DNA of 64,000 nt from Chlamydiales bacterium (GTDB taxonomy: Bacteria > Chlamydiota > Chlamydiia > Chlamydiales > JAAZZY01): positions 160,001-224,000 of the forward strand of contig CBDBKM010000010.1 in the NCBI GenBank assembly GCA_965206695.1. Direction: 5' to 3'. The translations under genes were made by a program, and so were the position numbers. Within the stretch, counting starts at the first letter, position 1. Each line of letters starts with the position of its first letter. The notes beneath the pieces were generated by a model. That model saw only the letters and a list, made by a program, of their open reading frames with translations, did no database searches and was not told where the DNA came from. Shown piece after piece: positions 1 to 10,901 of the stretch.

Positions 1-143
1 GCGGTTCGGGATCATTTTTGGGCGAAATGGGAAAAACCCCTAATAGCTTTGGTCGGGCTTCTATTTTCCGGCCCGATGCTCATATAGAAACTTTTGCTGA
101 GATGATTATTCAAAAGAAATCGGAAATGAGTATGCGACGTTAA
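1..143 (+). CDS. 3' end of an unidentified CDS entering the window
   Basis: Open frame from position 3 (GSGSFLGEMGKTPNSFGRASIF...MRR) to TAA at 141-143; converges on the next gene. Confidence 0.4.
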   Translation, partial: GSGSFLGEMGKTPNSFGRASIFRPDAHIETFAEMIIQKKSEMSMRR

Positions 144-165
144 AGCATGTTTAAAAGTTCAAACA

Positions 166-1005
166 TCAGATTGCATGACTTAGATTTCTTAAGCGCTTGC
201 CATTTAACGCATTCCAGTGGGTGGTATAAATTGAACCATCAGGATTTTGAACCTCGATTCGAAAAACGGGTAAGAATATCTCAGTAACAGATCGAATGGA
301 AAAATCTTGTCCGAAAGCGAGGTTAGCAATTTTTTCAATTTGACTTTTACTATATCTTTTGGTTGCTCGATTAGCACCTTTATAAGGTTGAGTCACTAAC
401 CAATGATCAATGCGTGTTGCCGGTAAAACAAGTATTTTAGGTGTTTCAAAATGCAAGCGATAATCATTACCACTTTGAACGACTAATTTCTTCTTCTTAC
501 AACTATCGATCCAAGCATCTAATAATTCCGATTCGATATGAATACGGTTACCGAGTTCTTTACGGCTCATTGAACCACCGGTACCGGAAAGGGCATTAAT
601 TATCTTAAAATCGCTTTGGTCTGCATTTGCATTGATACAGTCTTCAAAACCGTGGGTTTTTTCCCAAGATTGAGTTGAGATAACCATTTCTCCATCATCC
701 ATTCCCCATAAAATAGACCCTTCCCCGGTAGTAGCATCAGGACGGCTATATTTCACTTTCATTAAAAGATAAGGATAAAAACGAAGAACGGGTTCTAAAA
801 ATTCATGTTGCTCATCTTTCAATAATTCTCGGCGATGAGTATCCATAATGGCTTCAGCTGAATAACGAATTTCTAAAGTATGAAATTCTCCCGTATCAAA
901 GTGTTGTTGGGTAAATTGTCTGACATATTTGTTATTATTACCAAAATGCCAAATACCATAACCGAGTACTGTAATGCTTAAAATTGTGATGATTAAGCGG
1001 ATCAT
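166..1005 (-). CDS. Conserved chlamydial hypothetical protein with N-terminal membrane anchor
   Basis: 279-aa ORF, hydrophobic N-terminus, directly downstream of rho as in the chlamydial rho locus. Confidence 0.75.
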   Translation of the reverse strand: MIRLIITILSITVLGYGIWHFGNNNKYVRQFTQQHFDTGEFHTLEIRYSAEAIMDTHRRELLKDEQHEFLEPVLRFYPYLLMKVKYSRPDATTGEGSILWGMDDGEMVISTQSWEKTHGFEDCINANADQSDFKIINALSGTGGSMSRKELGNRIHIESELLDAWIDSCKKKKLVVQSGNDYRLHFETPKILVLPATRIDHWLVTQPYKGANRATKRYSKSQIEKIANLAFGQDFSIRSVTEIFLPVFRIEVQNPDGSIYTTHWNALNGKRLRNLSHAI

Positions 1006-1064
1006 ATCAACTACCTTACCTCTATATTTTATACCCTATTCCTTATAATACTTTATTAAAAGGT

Positions 1065-2591
1065 TTAGTCTTTCATTGAAAGAAGAAATTCAGCATTGCT
1101 ATTCGTTTTCTTTAATCTTCCTAATAAAAGTTTCATCGCATCTTGAGGAGCTAAGTCAGCAGTTGCTTGGCGCAAAACGTAAATTTTCTCTAACTCAGAA
1201 GGATGATAAAGAAGTTCTTCTTTACGTGTTCCGCTTTTAAGAAGGTCGATAGCAGGGTAAGTTCTTCGGTCGGAGAGTCGTCTATCAAGAACAAGTTCCA
1301 TGTTACCTGTACCTTTAAATTCCTCGAAGATAACTTCGTCCATTCTAGAACCTGTATCAATCAACGCTGTGGCAATAATGGTTAATGAACCGCCTTCTTC
1401 GATATTTCTGGCAGCACCAAAAAAACGTTTAGGTTTATGAAGCGCATTGGCATCAACACCACCGGTTAGAATTTTTCCGGAGTGTGGCTCCACGGTATTA
1501 TAAGCTCTAGCTAATCTCGTGATAGAGTCTAGTAAGATAACAACATCATAACCACATTCAACTAGGCGTCGGCCTTTTTCAATTGCCATTTCAGATACTT
1601 GGACATGTCTCTCCGGTGGCTCGTCAAATGTAGATGCGATGACTTCACCATGTTTAATAAGACGTTGCATATCGGTAACTTCTTCCGGGCGCTCACCAAT
1701 TAATAAAACGATTAAAGTAACTTCCGGATTATTGACTCCAATTGAGTTTGCTATATTTTGCAAAATAACTGTTTTCCCTGATCTTGGAGGGGCAACAATA
1801 AGAGCTCTTTGGCCTTTTCCGATTGGAGCAGCCAGATCAAGAACACGAGTGGTTAAGTTCCCTTTATCCGTTTCCATAACAAGGCGTGCATCAGGATAGA
1901 GAGGAGTTAAATTTTCAAATAACACTCTTTCTTTAGCGAGTTCAGGCGATTTTCGATTGACACTTTCAACTTTTAAAAGAGCAAAATATTTTTCTTTTTC
2001 TTTTGGAGGACGGATTGAACCATTAAGTAAGTCTCCTTTTTTTAACTCAAAACGACGAATCTGTGCAGGGGAGACATAGATATCTTCAGCAGAAGGAAGA
2101 TAATTATAGGTAGTCGAACGCAAGAAACCAAAGCCATCAGGTAAGACTTCTAAGACACCTTCAGCATAGAGTACTTCATTTGGTCGATTGGACTTAGTTT
2201 TTACAATTTCAAAAACCATTTGAGATTTGGTTAATAAACTTAAATTTTTGATACCGATTGATTTGGCATAAGTATTCAGCTCTTCGATAGTCATTCGTTG
2301 TAATTCAGAGACTTTCGTAATCTTTTGAGGAGCCGGGGTATTTTCTTGAGAAGAGCCATTCATTTCAGGTTCTTGCTTGTCTTTTGGGTTTCTTTTATCA
2401 GTGTAAGAGATATTGTGCTTGTGATTAGGGTTCATCTGATGGGGGGGAGATTGAAAATCTGTTTTTAGAGATGGGTTTTTTTTGTTTTTTTCATCTGAAG
2501 TTGAGTTTTTTGTATCTCGTTTTTCAGTATCATTATCGTGTCCATTTGGTACATCTGATAAGCTATGTTCTTGTTTCATTGAATATTTCAC
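1065..2591 (-). CDS. rho: Transcription termination factor Rho
   Basis: [18 protein letters not shown]-binding motif, Walker [29 protein letters not shown]. Confidence 0.98.
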   Translation of the reverse strand: MKYSMKQEHSLSDVPNGHDNDTEKRDTKNSTSDEKNKKNPSLKTDFQSPPHQMNPNHKHNISYTDKRNPKDKQEPEMNGSSQENTPAPQKITKVSELQRMTIEELNTYAKSIGIKNLSLLTKSQMVFEIVKTKSNRPNEVLYAEGVLEVLPDGFGFLRSTTYNYLPSAEDIYVSPAQIRRFELKKGDLLNGSIRPPKEKEKYFALLKVESVNRKSPELAKERVLFENLTPLYPDARLVMETDKGNLTTRVLDLAAPIGKGQRALIVAPPRSGKTVILQNIANSIGVNNPEVTLIVLLIGERPEEVTDMQRLIKHGEVIASTFDEPPERHVQVSEMAIEKGRRLVECGYDVVILLDSITRLARAYNTVEPHSGKILTGGVDANALHKPKRFFGAARNIEEGGSLTIIATALIDTGSRMDEVIFEEFKGTGNMELVLDRRLSDRRTYPAIDLLKSGTRKEELLYHPSELEKIYVLRQATADLAPQDAMKLLLGRLKKTNSNAEFLLSMKD

Positions 2592-2621
2592 TCCTTAAAT
2601 AGTAAGTTTAAACACAAGATC

Positions 2622-3230
2622 TTATCTTGACTTTATGAGATTAGAAAAGACTTGTTCTACGGTTTGTTTTAAATCTTCAAAGCTTCCATTATTTTTAATT
2701 ACAATATCAGCCTTTTTAGCTTTTTCTTTTGGATTCATCTGTCTTACCATTCGCAAATCGTATTCTTCGTCAGTGTAACCGGTTGATTTTTTAAATCTTT
2801 CTTGAGACAGTTCTACATCACATATGACAGTAATTACTACATCATAACAATCATTGTCTCCAACTTCAAATAACAGAGGAAATTCGACTACAAAGAGGGA
2901 ATCATGCTGCCCGGTTTGAAATTTTTTATACTCGTTTTCAATTTCTTTTTTGACTTCAGGATGAAGGATTTTTTCAAGATCTTGTAATAATTGTGAATTA
3001 TTAAATACTTTTTGTGCAATTTTTTTGCGATGTAATTCATCGTTCACAATTACTGCTTTACCCAACAGGTTGATAATTTTCTGTTTCAAATAGGATTGGT
3101 TAGATAGTAATTTATGAATGATTGCATCTGCGCTAATATAATAGGCGCCTTTATCTTTAAAAATATTGCAAACAGTAGTTTTACCGGAGGATAGACTGCC
3201 TGTTACTGCAATTTTATTTGAACTTAACAT
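2622..3230 (-). CDS. coaE: Dephospho-CoA kinase
   Basis: IAVTGSLSSGKTT P-loop, DAD and LEKILHP motifs; ATG at 3230 overlaps the polA stop. Confidence 0.93.
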   Translation of the reverse strand: MLSSNKIAVTGSLSSGKTTVCNIFKDKGAYYISADAIIHKLLSNQSYLKQKIINLLGKAVIVNDELHRKKIAQKVFNNSQLLQDLEKILHPEVKKEIENEYKKFQTGQHDSLFVVEFPLLFEVGDNDCYDVVITVICDVELSQERFKKSTGYTDEEYDLRMVRQMNPKEKAKKADIVIKNNGSFEDLKQTVEQVFSNLIKSR

Positions 3231-5893
3231 TCTTTCCAATTTTTGCCAATCTTAATATCTACGAGCAATGGTACATCTAAATGATGTATATGCTCCATTG
3301 CAAGGCGAACAATTTCTTGCATTTCAACCAGTTCATTATCAAGGACCTCTAGAATTAGTTCATCATGAATTTGAAGTATAATAAAACTTTGCTTTTGCTT
3401 TTGTGTCAAGAGTTCATCAAGTTTGATCATTGCTTTTTTTATAATATCGGCATTTGATCCTTGAATAGGAGTATTAATAGCGAGACGTTCAGCGGCCATT
3501 CTTAAATTATTATTTTTACTGTTGATTTCAGGAATAGGGCGAATTCTTCCTGCAATGGTTTTTGCTATCCCTGACTCTTTAGCTTTTTGTTTACAGCTTT
3601 TAATAAATTCTTTTACTTTACTGTAGCGATCGAAGTACCTTTCAATAAATTCATTGGCCTCTTTGACGGTAATGCCGAGCTGTTGTGAAAGACCAAAGGA
3701 TTGCTGACCGTATATAATACCAAAATTCACAGCTTTTGCTTGGTATCGCTGTATATCTGAAACTTGATCTAACGGAATATGGAACATATGTGAAGCAGTA
3801 GAAATATGAATATCTTCATTATTTCTAAATGCGGATAACAGATTCGGGTCTTGGCAAAAATGTGCTAAAATTCGCAATTCAATTTGAGAATAGTCAGCCG
3901 CTAAATAACTCCAGCCTGCTTTTTCAGGTTTGAATGCTGCTCTAATTTCTTTTCCTGCTTTTGAACGAACCGGAATATTTTGAAGGTTAGGGTTTTGAGA
4001 TGAAAGCCTTCCGGTTGCTGTAATAAACTGATTAAAACTGCAATGAACTCGCCCGGTTTTCGGATAAACTTCTTTGATTAATGATTCAGTATAGGTTGAG
4101 CGCAGTTTTTCTAAAGTTCTAAACTCAAGAATTTTTTCAATAATAGAATGAGTTCCCTTTAAGGATTCTAAGACTTGAGCATTTGTAGAAAAACCCGTTT
4201 TATTTTTTTTAGGAGGTGTAATCTGAAGCTTATCAAAAAGGATATAAGCTAATTGTTTCGGCGATTTTATATTAATGTCTTCTTCAGCAATATTATGAAT
4301 ATCTTTTTCAAGTACTTGAATTTGTTGATTTAATTTTAAAGATAAATTGTTCAAGTACGGGATATCAACAAAAATGCCATTCCTCTCCATCTTTGCTAAG
4401 ACCTTTATAAGAGGCAATTCAATAAAATTAAATAAATCCCAAAGGCTTGAATCATGTAGTTGTTTTTCTAAAAGGGCTTTAAGGCGTATGGTATAGTCTA
4501 CATCGGCACAGCAGTAATCTTTAACATCATCAATAGGGACATCTTTCATAGTGATAGCATCTTTCCCCTTTCCGATAAGCTCACTTATAGGTGTTTTATG
4601 CGTATCAAAATACTTTAGAGCTAATGCGTCTAAAGAATGTTGTCTGAGATGTGGAGTCAGCAAATAAGATGCTAAGAGAGTATCAAAAGCGATATTGGCA
4701 ATAGTAATTCCATAATTTAATAAGATATGGAAATCATATTTAATGTTATGGCCGTAAAAACCGATAGATGGGTTTTCAAATAATGGACGAAGCCTTTCAA
4801 TGACTTGTTTACAACCTAATTGACCATTAGCCGGGATATAATAGGCTTCTTTTTCTTTGATACCCACACCTATACCTACAAGTTCTGCTGCGATAGGGTG
4901 CTTATTGGTCGTTTCGGTATCCAAACAAATTAACTTTTCGTTTGCTAACACCTTAATTAAAAAATCCAGATCAGAAGCGGTATCAATTAAATGATAGGTA
5001 AAGGAAGGATCAGTGTCTTCGACCACTTCTTGTTCCGCGCCTAACCTCATATCCTTGATAAGGGTGTGAAAGTCCATTGTAGAGAAAAAATCTTTTAATT
5101 TTTCTTGATCACTAGGTTGTAATTTGAAAAAGTCAATCTCTTTGGGAAAAGGAACATTTGTATGTAATGTTACTAAGGCTTTGCTTAGTTTTGCTAGCTC
5201 AGATTCGGCTTTAATCGTTTCTTGTTTCTTTTTTCCCGGAACTTGATCAGGGTTTGCTAAAATATTTTCAAGAGTGTTCATCTGCTTTAATAGAGTCGCG
5301 GCTGTTTTAGGGCCGAATCCGGAAAGGCCGGGGACATTATCTGATGCGTCTCCGGCAATGGCTAAATAATCAATAATCTGATCCGGCCTTACACCATAGA
5401 TTTCTTCTACTTTTTCTTTATTAAGGATTAAATTATCTTGGTGAGTATTGAGAAGAAAAATACGATCAGAAACTAATTGGCAAAGATCTTTATCACTAGA
5501 ACATAAAAAAACTTCGGAGCCTTGTTTAGATGCCCATAGGGCAATACTACCTATTGTATCATCCGCTTCTACTTCCTTAATACTTAAAAAAGGGATACCC
5601 GCCAATTTACAGAATTGGCGGGCCCGTTTAATTTGATAACGAAGATCTTCAGGTGTCTCTTTGCGATTTTGTTTGTAGTCAGGATAGATCTTTAGCCTGT
5701 GAGTAATACTGCCGGGACCATCAAATACAGCAACGATATGGGACGGATTAAAATCTTTAAATAATCGTAAAATAGATCGTATAAAGCCATAGAGTGCGTT
5801 AGTAGATTCTCCTTTACTATTTGTCAGATAGCGAATAGCAAAATAAGAACGAAATAAAAAACATGAGGCGTCAAGAATAAACAATTTTTGCAT
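3224..5893 (-). CDS. polA: DNA polymerase I
   Basis: 5'-3' exonuclease (EADD, GDASDNVPG), 3'-5' exo (LDTET), polymerase motifs ADYSQIELR, KAVNFGIIYG, QIHDEL; start taken at MQKLFILD. Confidence 0.98.
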   Translation of the reverse strand: MQKLFILDASCFLFRSYFAIRYLTNSKGESTNALYGFIRSILRLFKDFNPSHIVAVFDGPGSITHRLKIYPDYKQNRKETPEDLRYQIKRARQFCKLAGIPFLSIKEVEADDTIGSIALWASKQGSEVFLCSSDKDLCQLVSDRIFLLNTHQDNLILNKEKVEEIYGVRPDQIIDYLAIAGDASDNVPGLSGFGPKTAATLLKQMNTLENILANPDQVPGKKKQETIKAESELAKLSKALVTLHTNVPFPKEIDFFKLQPSDQEKLKDFFSTMDFHTLIKDMRLGAEQEVVEDTDPSFTYHLIDTASDLDFLIKVLANEKLICLDTETTNKHPIAAELVGIGVGIKEKEAYYIPANGQLGCKQVIERLRPLFENPSIGFYGHNIKYDFHILLNYGITIANIAFDTLLASYLLTPHLRQHSLDALALKYFDTHKTPISELIGKGKDAITMKDVPIDDVKDYCCADVDYTIRLKALLEKQLHDSSLWDLFNFIELPLIKVLAKMERNGIFVDIPYLNNLSLKLNQQIQVLEKDIHNIAEEDINIKSPKQLAYILFDKLQITPPKKNKTGFSTNAQVLESLKGTHSIIEKILEFRTLEKLRSTYTESLIKEVYPKTGRVHCSFNQFITATGRLSSQNPNLQNIPVRSKAGKEIRAAFKPEKAGWSYLAADYSQIELRILAHFCQDPNLLSAFRNNEDIHISTASHMFHIPLDQVSDIQRYQAKAVNFGIIYGQQSFGLSQQLGITVKEANEFIERYFDRYSKVKEFIKSCKQKAKESGIAKTIAGRIRPIPEINSKNNNLRMAAERLAINTPIQGSNADIIKKAMIKLDELLTQKQKQSFIILQIHDELILEVLDNELVEMQEIVRLAMEHIHHLDVPLLVDIKIGKNWKEC

Positions 5894-5960
5894 AAAACCA
5901 TCTGATTTTTTACAGGATAAAAGAAGCATTTATCATTTAAAGAGATCGAGAGTCTTTACT

Positions 5961-6998
5961 TTAACTGCGAATGTATAGTGCTTCATTTAAGATTCCTTCA
6001 TTCATTCCTGCATTTAGATTTAAGGAGTGCTTTAATTTTCCGGTGATCATAGGGGATTGTATTTTAAATAGATCAGTAAGCTTATGTTTCGTTTTAAATT
6101 GAACAACTTGATAATGCTGTTGTTCATTAATTCCTGCATCACCGGCTAATTTATTTAAGACTTCTGTCATACTATATCCATAATCATCAATATAGCCCAA
6201 TTCTGTCGCTTTGGGAGCAGTGAAAATTTTAGCGCCATAATCATTAATTAACTCTTCCTTACTCAATTTAGGACGTCCTTTTACTACGATATCGACAAAT
6301 CGATTATAGTAATAATCTGTTATCACTCTGAATCCGTCACTCTCATTAGGGAGCCAGGGGCGTAAAGGGTTCATGGCATCTTTTTGTTTACCGGCAGTGA
6401 CGGTCATTGTTTCGATGCCTAATTTTGTAAGAGCATCTGAGACATTAAAAAATGGGAAAAGAGCCACTCCTACTGAGCCAATGATACTCATGTCTGTAGC
6501 ATAGATTTTATCTGTTGCAGCGGCAATATACATTCCGCCGGAGGCACATTCGCCATCAACAAATGTATAAATAGGAATATTATATTTCTTTTTATAATCC
6601 AGTAGATGTCTATAGATTGTATCTGCGGGTACGGCATACCCCCCGGGAGAACTCATATATAGAAGAATGCCTTTTACTTGATCATTTCTGAAGAGTCCTA
6701 TTCTAGATTCATTTAAATAGGATTGAATCTTTTCACCGGTTACTTCTCCCGCTCCAATAATTCCTTTAATATCTATTCTTAAAATAATAGGTGTGTTAGA
6801 GGCTACCAGCGCTCGTTTCCCTCCGGAATCCGGTTCGATAATTTCAATATTTGAAGGTTCTTCACCGGCTGATGAGAGAAGAAATCCAAAAGCCAAGCTT
6901 ACAGGGATAAGAGCTATAAAGAATCCAATGACAGAAAAAAAAGCGATACACAAAGAGCGAATAGAAGAACTAAAGATTGATTCCCGAGCAATTTTCAT
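5961..6998 (-). CDS. sppA: S49 family signal-peptide peptidase (SppA/SohB)
   Basis: SSPGG, CASGGMYIA, GSVGV motifs; N-terminal TM. Confidence 0.9.
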   Translation of the reverse strand: MKIARESIFSSSIRSLCIAFFSVIGFFIALIPVSLAFGFLLSSAGEEPSNIEIIEPDSGGKRALVASNTPIILRIDIKGIIGAGEVTGEKIQSYLNESRIGLFRNDQVKGILLYMSSPGGYAVPADTIYRHLLDYKKKYNIPIYTFVDGECASGGMYIAAATDKIYATDMSIIGSVGVALFPFFNVSDALTKLGIETMTVTAGKQKDAMNPLRPWLPNESDGFRVITDYYYNRFVDIVVKGRPKLSKEELINDYGAKIFTAPKATELGYIDDYGYSMTEVLNKLAGDAGINEQQHYQVVQFKTKHKLTDLFKIQSPMITGKLKHSLNLNAGMNEGILNEALYIRS

Positions 6999-7069
6999 GG
7001 AGTAGACCTAAAGTGATAATTAATCAAAGAAAAGCATGATAACAGGCGGTGATTTTTAATCCAATGATT

Positions 7070-7158
7070 AGACTTGTTGCGTAATAAAAGTTGTATCAGT
7101 TTAGCTCGTTTTAAAGGTCCTTCAATCATCTAACCACCTCTATATTTTTCTGAAACAA
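7070..7158 (+). repeat. ~90-bp IS5-like end, left copy of an inverted pair flanking mscS
   Basis: AGACTTGTTGCGTAATAAAAGTTGTATCAGTTTAGCTCG... matches the reverse complement of 8864-8954; preceded by ATT. Confidence 0.85.
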
Positions 7159-7216
7159 CAGATCAGAAATCGGTAAAAATTTAAATCACAACACGTCTAT
7201 TCAAAAATTCAAGATC

Positions 7217-7245
7217 TTGCATTGTTAATTTCTTTTAGTTATAAC
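7217..7245 (+). promoter_or_regulatory. Putative sigma66/sigma70 promoter of mscS
   Basis: TTGCAT-17 nt-TATAAC, 38 nt before the ATG. Confidence 0.45.
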
Positions 7246-7283
7246 CTTTTGGTATAAGTAGCTAGTATTAGTCAAGGAAAGGC

Positions 7284-8387
7284 ATGAAAGGCATAAAGAT
7301 TTTTTTTGAAAGCAATATCGGTTTGATCGTTCAAGAATGTATTATTTTAGCACTCATTTTTGCTGTAAATTTTATTATTAAATTTATCATAAGACGAATC
7401 GAATGCAGTGTAAATAAAAAGCAACAAAATGACCTTTTTCATCAATATTTTGTCCGTGATATATCACGCCCCATAAGAATATTAATTTGGGTGCTTGGTA
7501 TTGCCTATATGCTCCATCGCCTTTTTATTGCTCTTTATGGTGAACAGAATTTAAGCAATTTCTTTGATCAGTTTAGGGATGTCGTTTTAGTGGTCGCTGT
7601 GGGATGGTTTATATTTGAACTTAAAAAACAGTTTAAATATGCCGTAATAAAGAAAAGTAAGAGTAAAAAAAGATCGCTAGATTATACCAAGATAGATCTT
7701 TTTTCCAAGTTAGGTACGATCACGATCATTATCCTTACCGGTTTGATCCTCCTTGAAACCTTAGGAGTTGATATTGCCGCTTTAATCGCTTTTGGAGGAG
7801 TTGGTGGTATCGCTGTGGGTTTTGCCGCTAAAGATATTATTTCCAATTTTTTTGGCGGTATGATGATTCATATCAGTCGTCCTTTTGCAGTAGGGGACTG
7901 GATTTATACAATTGATAGGAAAATTGAAGGAACGGTTTTAGAAATTGGATATTATATGACCAAAATTCGCAGTTTTGAAAGGCGACCAATTTATGTACCT
8001 AATGCGCTTTTTTCCTCATCAACAATAGTCAATGCTTCTCGAATGAGTAAAAGAAGAATTAAGCACTCAATAGGGGTTCGTTATAATGACTTTGCTGCTA
8101 TTGCTCCTATAACTGAAACTATTTATAAAATGCTTAGAGAGCATAAACGAATCGATCAAGAAGATACAATGTTGGTGAACTTCCATAGTTATGGCGAGAG
8201 TTCTCTAGATATTTTAGTATATACTTATGCAAATACAATCGTCTGGAAAGAATGGTTAGAGGTTCAACAAGATGTGTTATTAAAGATTGGAGAAATAATC
8301 AGAGATCATGGAGCTGACATTGCCTTTCCGACAAGGACCTTAGATCTACCCAATCAAGATATAATGATGGAAGGCTTTAAGAAATAA
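7284..8387 (+). CDS. MscS-family small-conductance mechanosensitive channel (YnaI-like)
   Basis: Multiple TMs, GGIAVGFAAKDIISNFFGG, RPFAVGDWI, VPNA, IAFPT. Confidence 0.93.
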   Translation: MKGIKIFFESNIGLIVQECIILALIFAVNFIIKFIIRRIECSVNKKQQNDLFHQYFVRDISRPIRILIWVLGIAYMLHRLFIALYGEQNLSNFFDQFRDVVLVVAVGWFIFELKKQFKYAVIKKSKSKKRSLDYTKIDLFSKLGTITIIILTGLILLETLGVDIAALIAFGGVGGIAVGFAAKDIISNFFGGMMIHISRPFAVGDWIYTIDRKIEGTVLEIGYYMTKIRSFERRPIYVPNALFSSSTIVNASRMSKRRIKHSIGVRYNDFAAIAPITETIYKMLREHKRIDQEDTMLVNFHSYGESSLDILVYTYANTIVWKEWLEVQQDVLLKIGEIIRDHGADIAFPTRTLDLPNQDIMMEGFKK

Positions 8388-8518
8388 CTATTTTAGCGAT
8401 TTTTGAACACGGACTCCTCTTCTATGAGCTAGCCGGATTATGCAATCTATTTTCCTCTAAAATATTTACGTGATAAATTCTTTTTTACAGATTACAAGAA
8501 CAAACTTTTTAAATATGT

Positions 8519-8860
8519 CTTTTCAACTATGAAGTGCGACCAATAGGGAGTATCTGAAAATGGCCAAATGTCGGTAAAAACTCTATAGTAAATTTTTGAT
8601 AAAAAATATTGTAGAGGGATGTTTATGCCTAAAAGCTACCGGCATGTCACCCATGAGCAACGGTGCCAAATATATACTTGAAAATGAAGAGGAGATTCAA
8701 TTGCCTGCATAGGCAAAGAAATTAAAGTAGGCAAGTTTACCGTTTATCGAGAGTTACAAAAAAATAGCGACGGCCGACAGTATATTTATTTTTCAGCACA
8801 AAAAAAATCTGAAGAACAACGATCAATAGCTTGTTGTTAAACTAAAAAAATGCGCCCTGA
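8519..8860 (+). pseudogene. IS30-family left end and transposase N-terminal remnant
   Basis: MPKSYRHVTHEQRCQIY... from ~8625 with stops/frameshifts; the ~110 nt upstream align with the reverse complement of 34600-34720. Confidence 0.75.
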
Positions 8861-8863
8861 GAA

Positions 8864-8954
8864 GTTTTTTCAGAAAAATGTAGAGGCCGGCAGATGATTG
8901 AAGGGCTTTGTAAAACGAGCTACACTGATACCACTTTTATTGTGCAACAAGTCT
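8864..8954 (-). repeat. ~90-bp IS5-like end, right copy (inverted) flanking mscS
   Basis: Ends ...TTATTGTGCAACAAGTCT, followed by ATT; inverted homolog of 7070-7158. Confidence 0.85.
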
Positions 8955-9473
8955 ATTAAATTATTCCGGGAAATTTAGCCGGAGCGCAACACACCTTGTT
9001 CTTACTCCTTCCAATACGTTGGCCTTTTCTACCAATATGTTTTCTATAAAAGAGATATTTAAATCGGGCGGATTAATGACAGTATTTGCATTAATTTTGA
9101 TTTTAATCGGATTTGAATTGGTAATAACACCTACTTTTTGCCCAATAATTTATTATACGGTGATAAAATATTTTATCTTTTTACAAATGAGTTGTTTATA
9201 GAAATTGACTCTATAGTCACTTTATCAAAATCAAGTTACTATTCAAAAAAAAATAATATAAATATATGAGGTAAAAAAGAAGAGGTGAAGCGGATAAGGT
9301 CATCTTGAAGTAAAGTGAGTTATATCACTAAGGGGACCAAAAACAATAATTTAATAGACTTATATTAAGATAGTTAAGGTTTGTTATTAATTGATAGAGC
9401 TTTGAATAATCAATAGATTTCATAGCCGGCTAGAAAGCATAAAAAGAGTATAAGTAAAATAGGTAATTAACAC

Positions 9474-9503
9474 TTGAATTTTGTTTAAGTAAAGTGCTAG
9501 AAT
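9474..9503 (+). promoter_or_regulatory. Putative sigma66 promoter of dedA
   Basis: TTGAAT-18 nt-TAGAAT with an extended -10 TG. Confidence 0.4.
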
Positions 9504-9561
9504 GTCCATTTTTGTTTTCAAAATTATAAAGAATTTAAATTTCTATAATTAATTATTATAT

Positions 9562-10215
9562 ATGGAACAACTAATAAGTTTAATGTCAGAACATGCTCCA
9601 CACGCTCATTGGTGGTTTTTTGGTCTTTTAATGTTGGCCGGCTTAAATTTTCCAATAAGTGAAGATGTTATTTTGATAGCTAGTGGAGTGTTGGCTGCAA
9701 CGGTTGTTCCTGAAAATGCGTTTAAATTATTAGCCTTAGTTTTTATTGGCAGTTACTTATCTGACTGGGTTGCTTATTGGATTGGACGGAAATTTGCACC
9801 ATTGCTTTTGGAACACAAATGGTTGAGTCGGATGGTGAATAAGAAGAGATTGAATCAGGTTCATTCTTTTTATAAACGGTATGGCATTTTGACACTTCTC
9901 ATAGGAAGATTTATTCCATTCGGAGTAAGAAATTGTTTATTTATGTCTGCCGGAATCGGAAAAATGAAATTTGGGAAATTTATTTTAGCAGATGGAGTGG
10001 CTTGTCTACTTTCGAACTGTACCTTATTTTTCTTATCTTACTCATTCAGTCAACATTATGAAAGTTTATTGAATTATATAAAAGCAGCTAATGTTATTCT
10101 TTTCTCTCTTTTTGCTGTGACTGTAATCTTTATTATTTGGTATAAATATTCTAAAAAAAGGAAAGAGAAATCCAAGATAGAAAATTCAGAAAATGAGATT
10201 GGAAGTAGAAAGTAG
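9562..10215 (+). CDS. DedA family membrane protein
   Basis: P-x-SEDVIL, AYWIGRKF, GRFIPFGVRN motifs. Confidence 0.92.
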   Translation: MEQLISLMSEHAPHAHWWFFGLLMLAGLNFPISEDVILIASGVLAATVVPENAFKLLALVFIGSYLSDWVAYWIGRKFAPLLLEHKWLSRMVNKKRLNQVHSFYKRYGILTLLIGRFIPFGVRNCLFMSAGIGKMKFGKFILADGVACLLSNCTLFFLSYSFSQHYESLLNYIKAANVILFSLFAVTVIFIIWYKYSKKRKEKSKIENSENEIGSRK

Positions 10216-10399
10216 AAAAAGTAATCAAAGAAGATAGTCCTCTGTAATTAAGTTCAGTCGTGACCATACTTAGAATTAGAATTGTATGGTTGACGGAATT
10301 AATTGCGTATGTTTCTATCCTGGAAAAATAGTTTTAAAAGATCGAATCTGTAATATATCTTTGAATTGTGTGTAAATTGGATTTAGGCTGAGAATAATT

Positions 10400-10900
10400 A
10401 TGTTAACAATTTCAAATACTTTATCGTTATTAAGAATTCCTGCAGCTCTTTTATTCTTAGTGGATAATGTTTACGTTCGATTGTCAGCGATAGCTTTAGC
10501 TATGCTAAGCGATTGCTTAGATGGTTATTTGGCAAGAAAACGGAAAACTGTCACTCAACTTGGGGCCGTTTTGGATCCTATGATGGATAAATTTTTTAAT
10601 TTTTTCGTTTTGACGGTTCTTGTTTTTGAACACCAATTAGAGCTTTGGCAAATGGCAGCGATTATTTCAAGAGATTTTTTTTTGTGTATATTTGCTCTTT
10701 ATTTGAGTTTAGTTAGAGCATGGGACAAATATCGTTGTCGTTCTTATTTTTGGGGAAAGCTTACAACGGTCTGTCAGTTTTTAGTTGTTATACTTATCGT
10801 TACCGGTGTTGTTATTCCGGATTTTGTATTGTTATTATTCATCCCATTGGGAATTTTTACCACATTAGAACTTTATTTAGGTTATAGGCAAACAGTTTAG
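10400..10900 (+). CDS. pgsA: CDP-alcohol phosphatidyltransferase (PgsA-like)
   Basis: SNTLSLLR, DCLDGYLAR...GAVLDPMMDK signature. Confidence 0.85.
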   Translation: MLTISNTLSLLRIPAALLFLVDNVYVRLSAIALAMLSDCLDGYLARKRKTVTQLGAVLDPMMDKFFNFFVLTVLVFEHQLELWQMAAIISRDFFLCIFALYLSLVRAWDKYRCRSYFWGKLTTVCQFLVVILIVTGVVIPDFVLLLFIPLGIFTTLELYLGYRQTV

Positions 10901-10901
10901 G

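Noticed and set aside
1203..1899. Short antisense/overlapping ORFs from the track (here and inside polA, argS, sdhA, tig, mreB, pckG, tnpB)
   Set aside because: Shadows of well-supported genes with no motifs or RBS
9019..9201. 60-aa hydrophobic ORF in AT-rich intergenic DNA
   Set aside because: TTG start, no RBS, composition explained by T-richness
10246..10303. Imperfect inverted repeat between dedA and pgsA
   Set aside because: Single copy with no U-tract; function cannot be assigned
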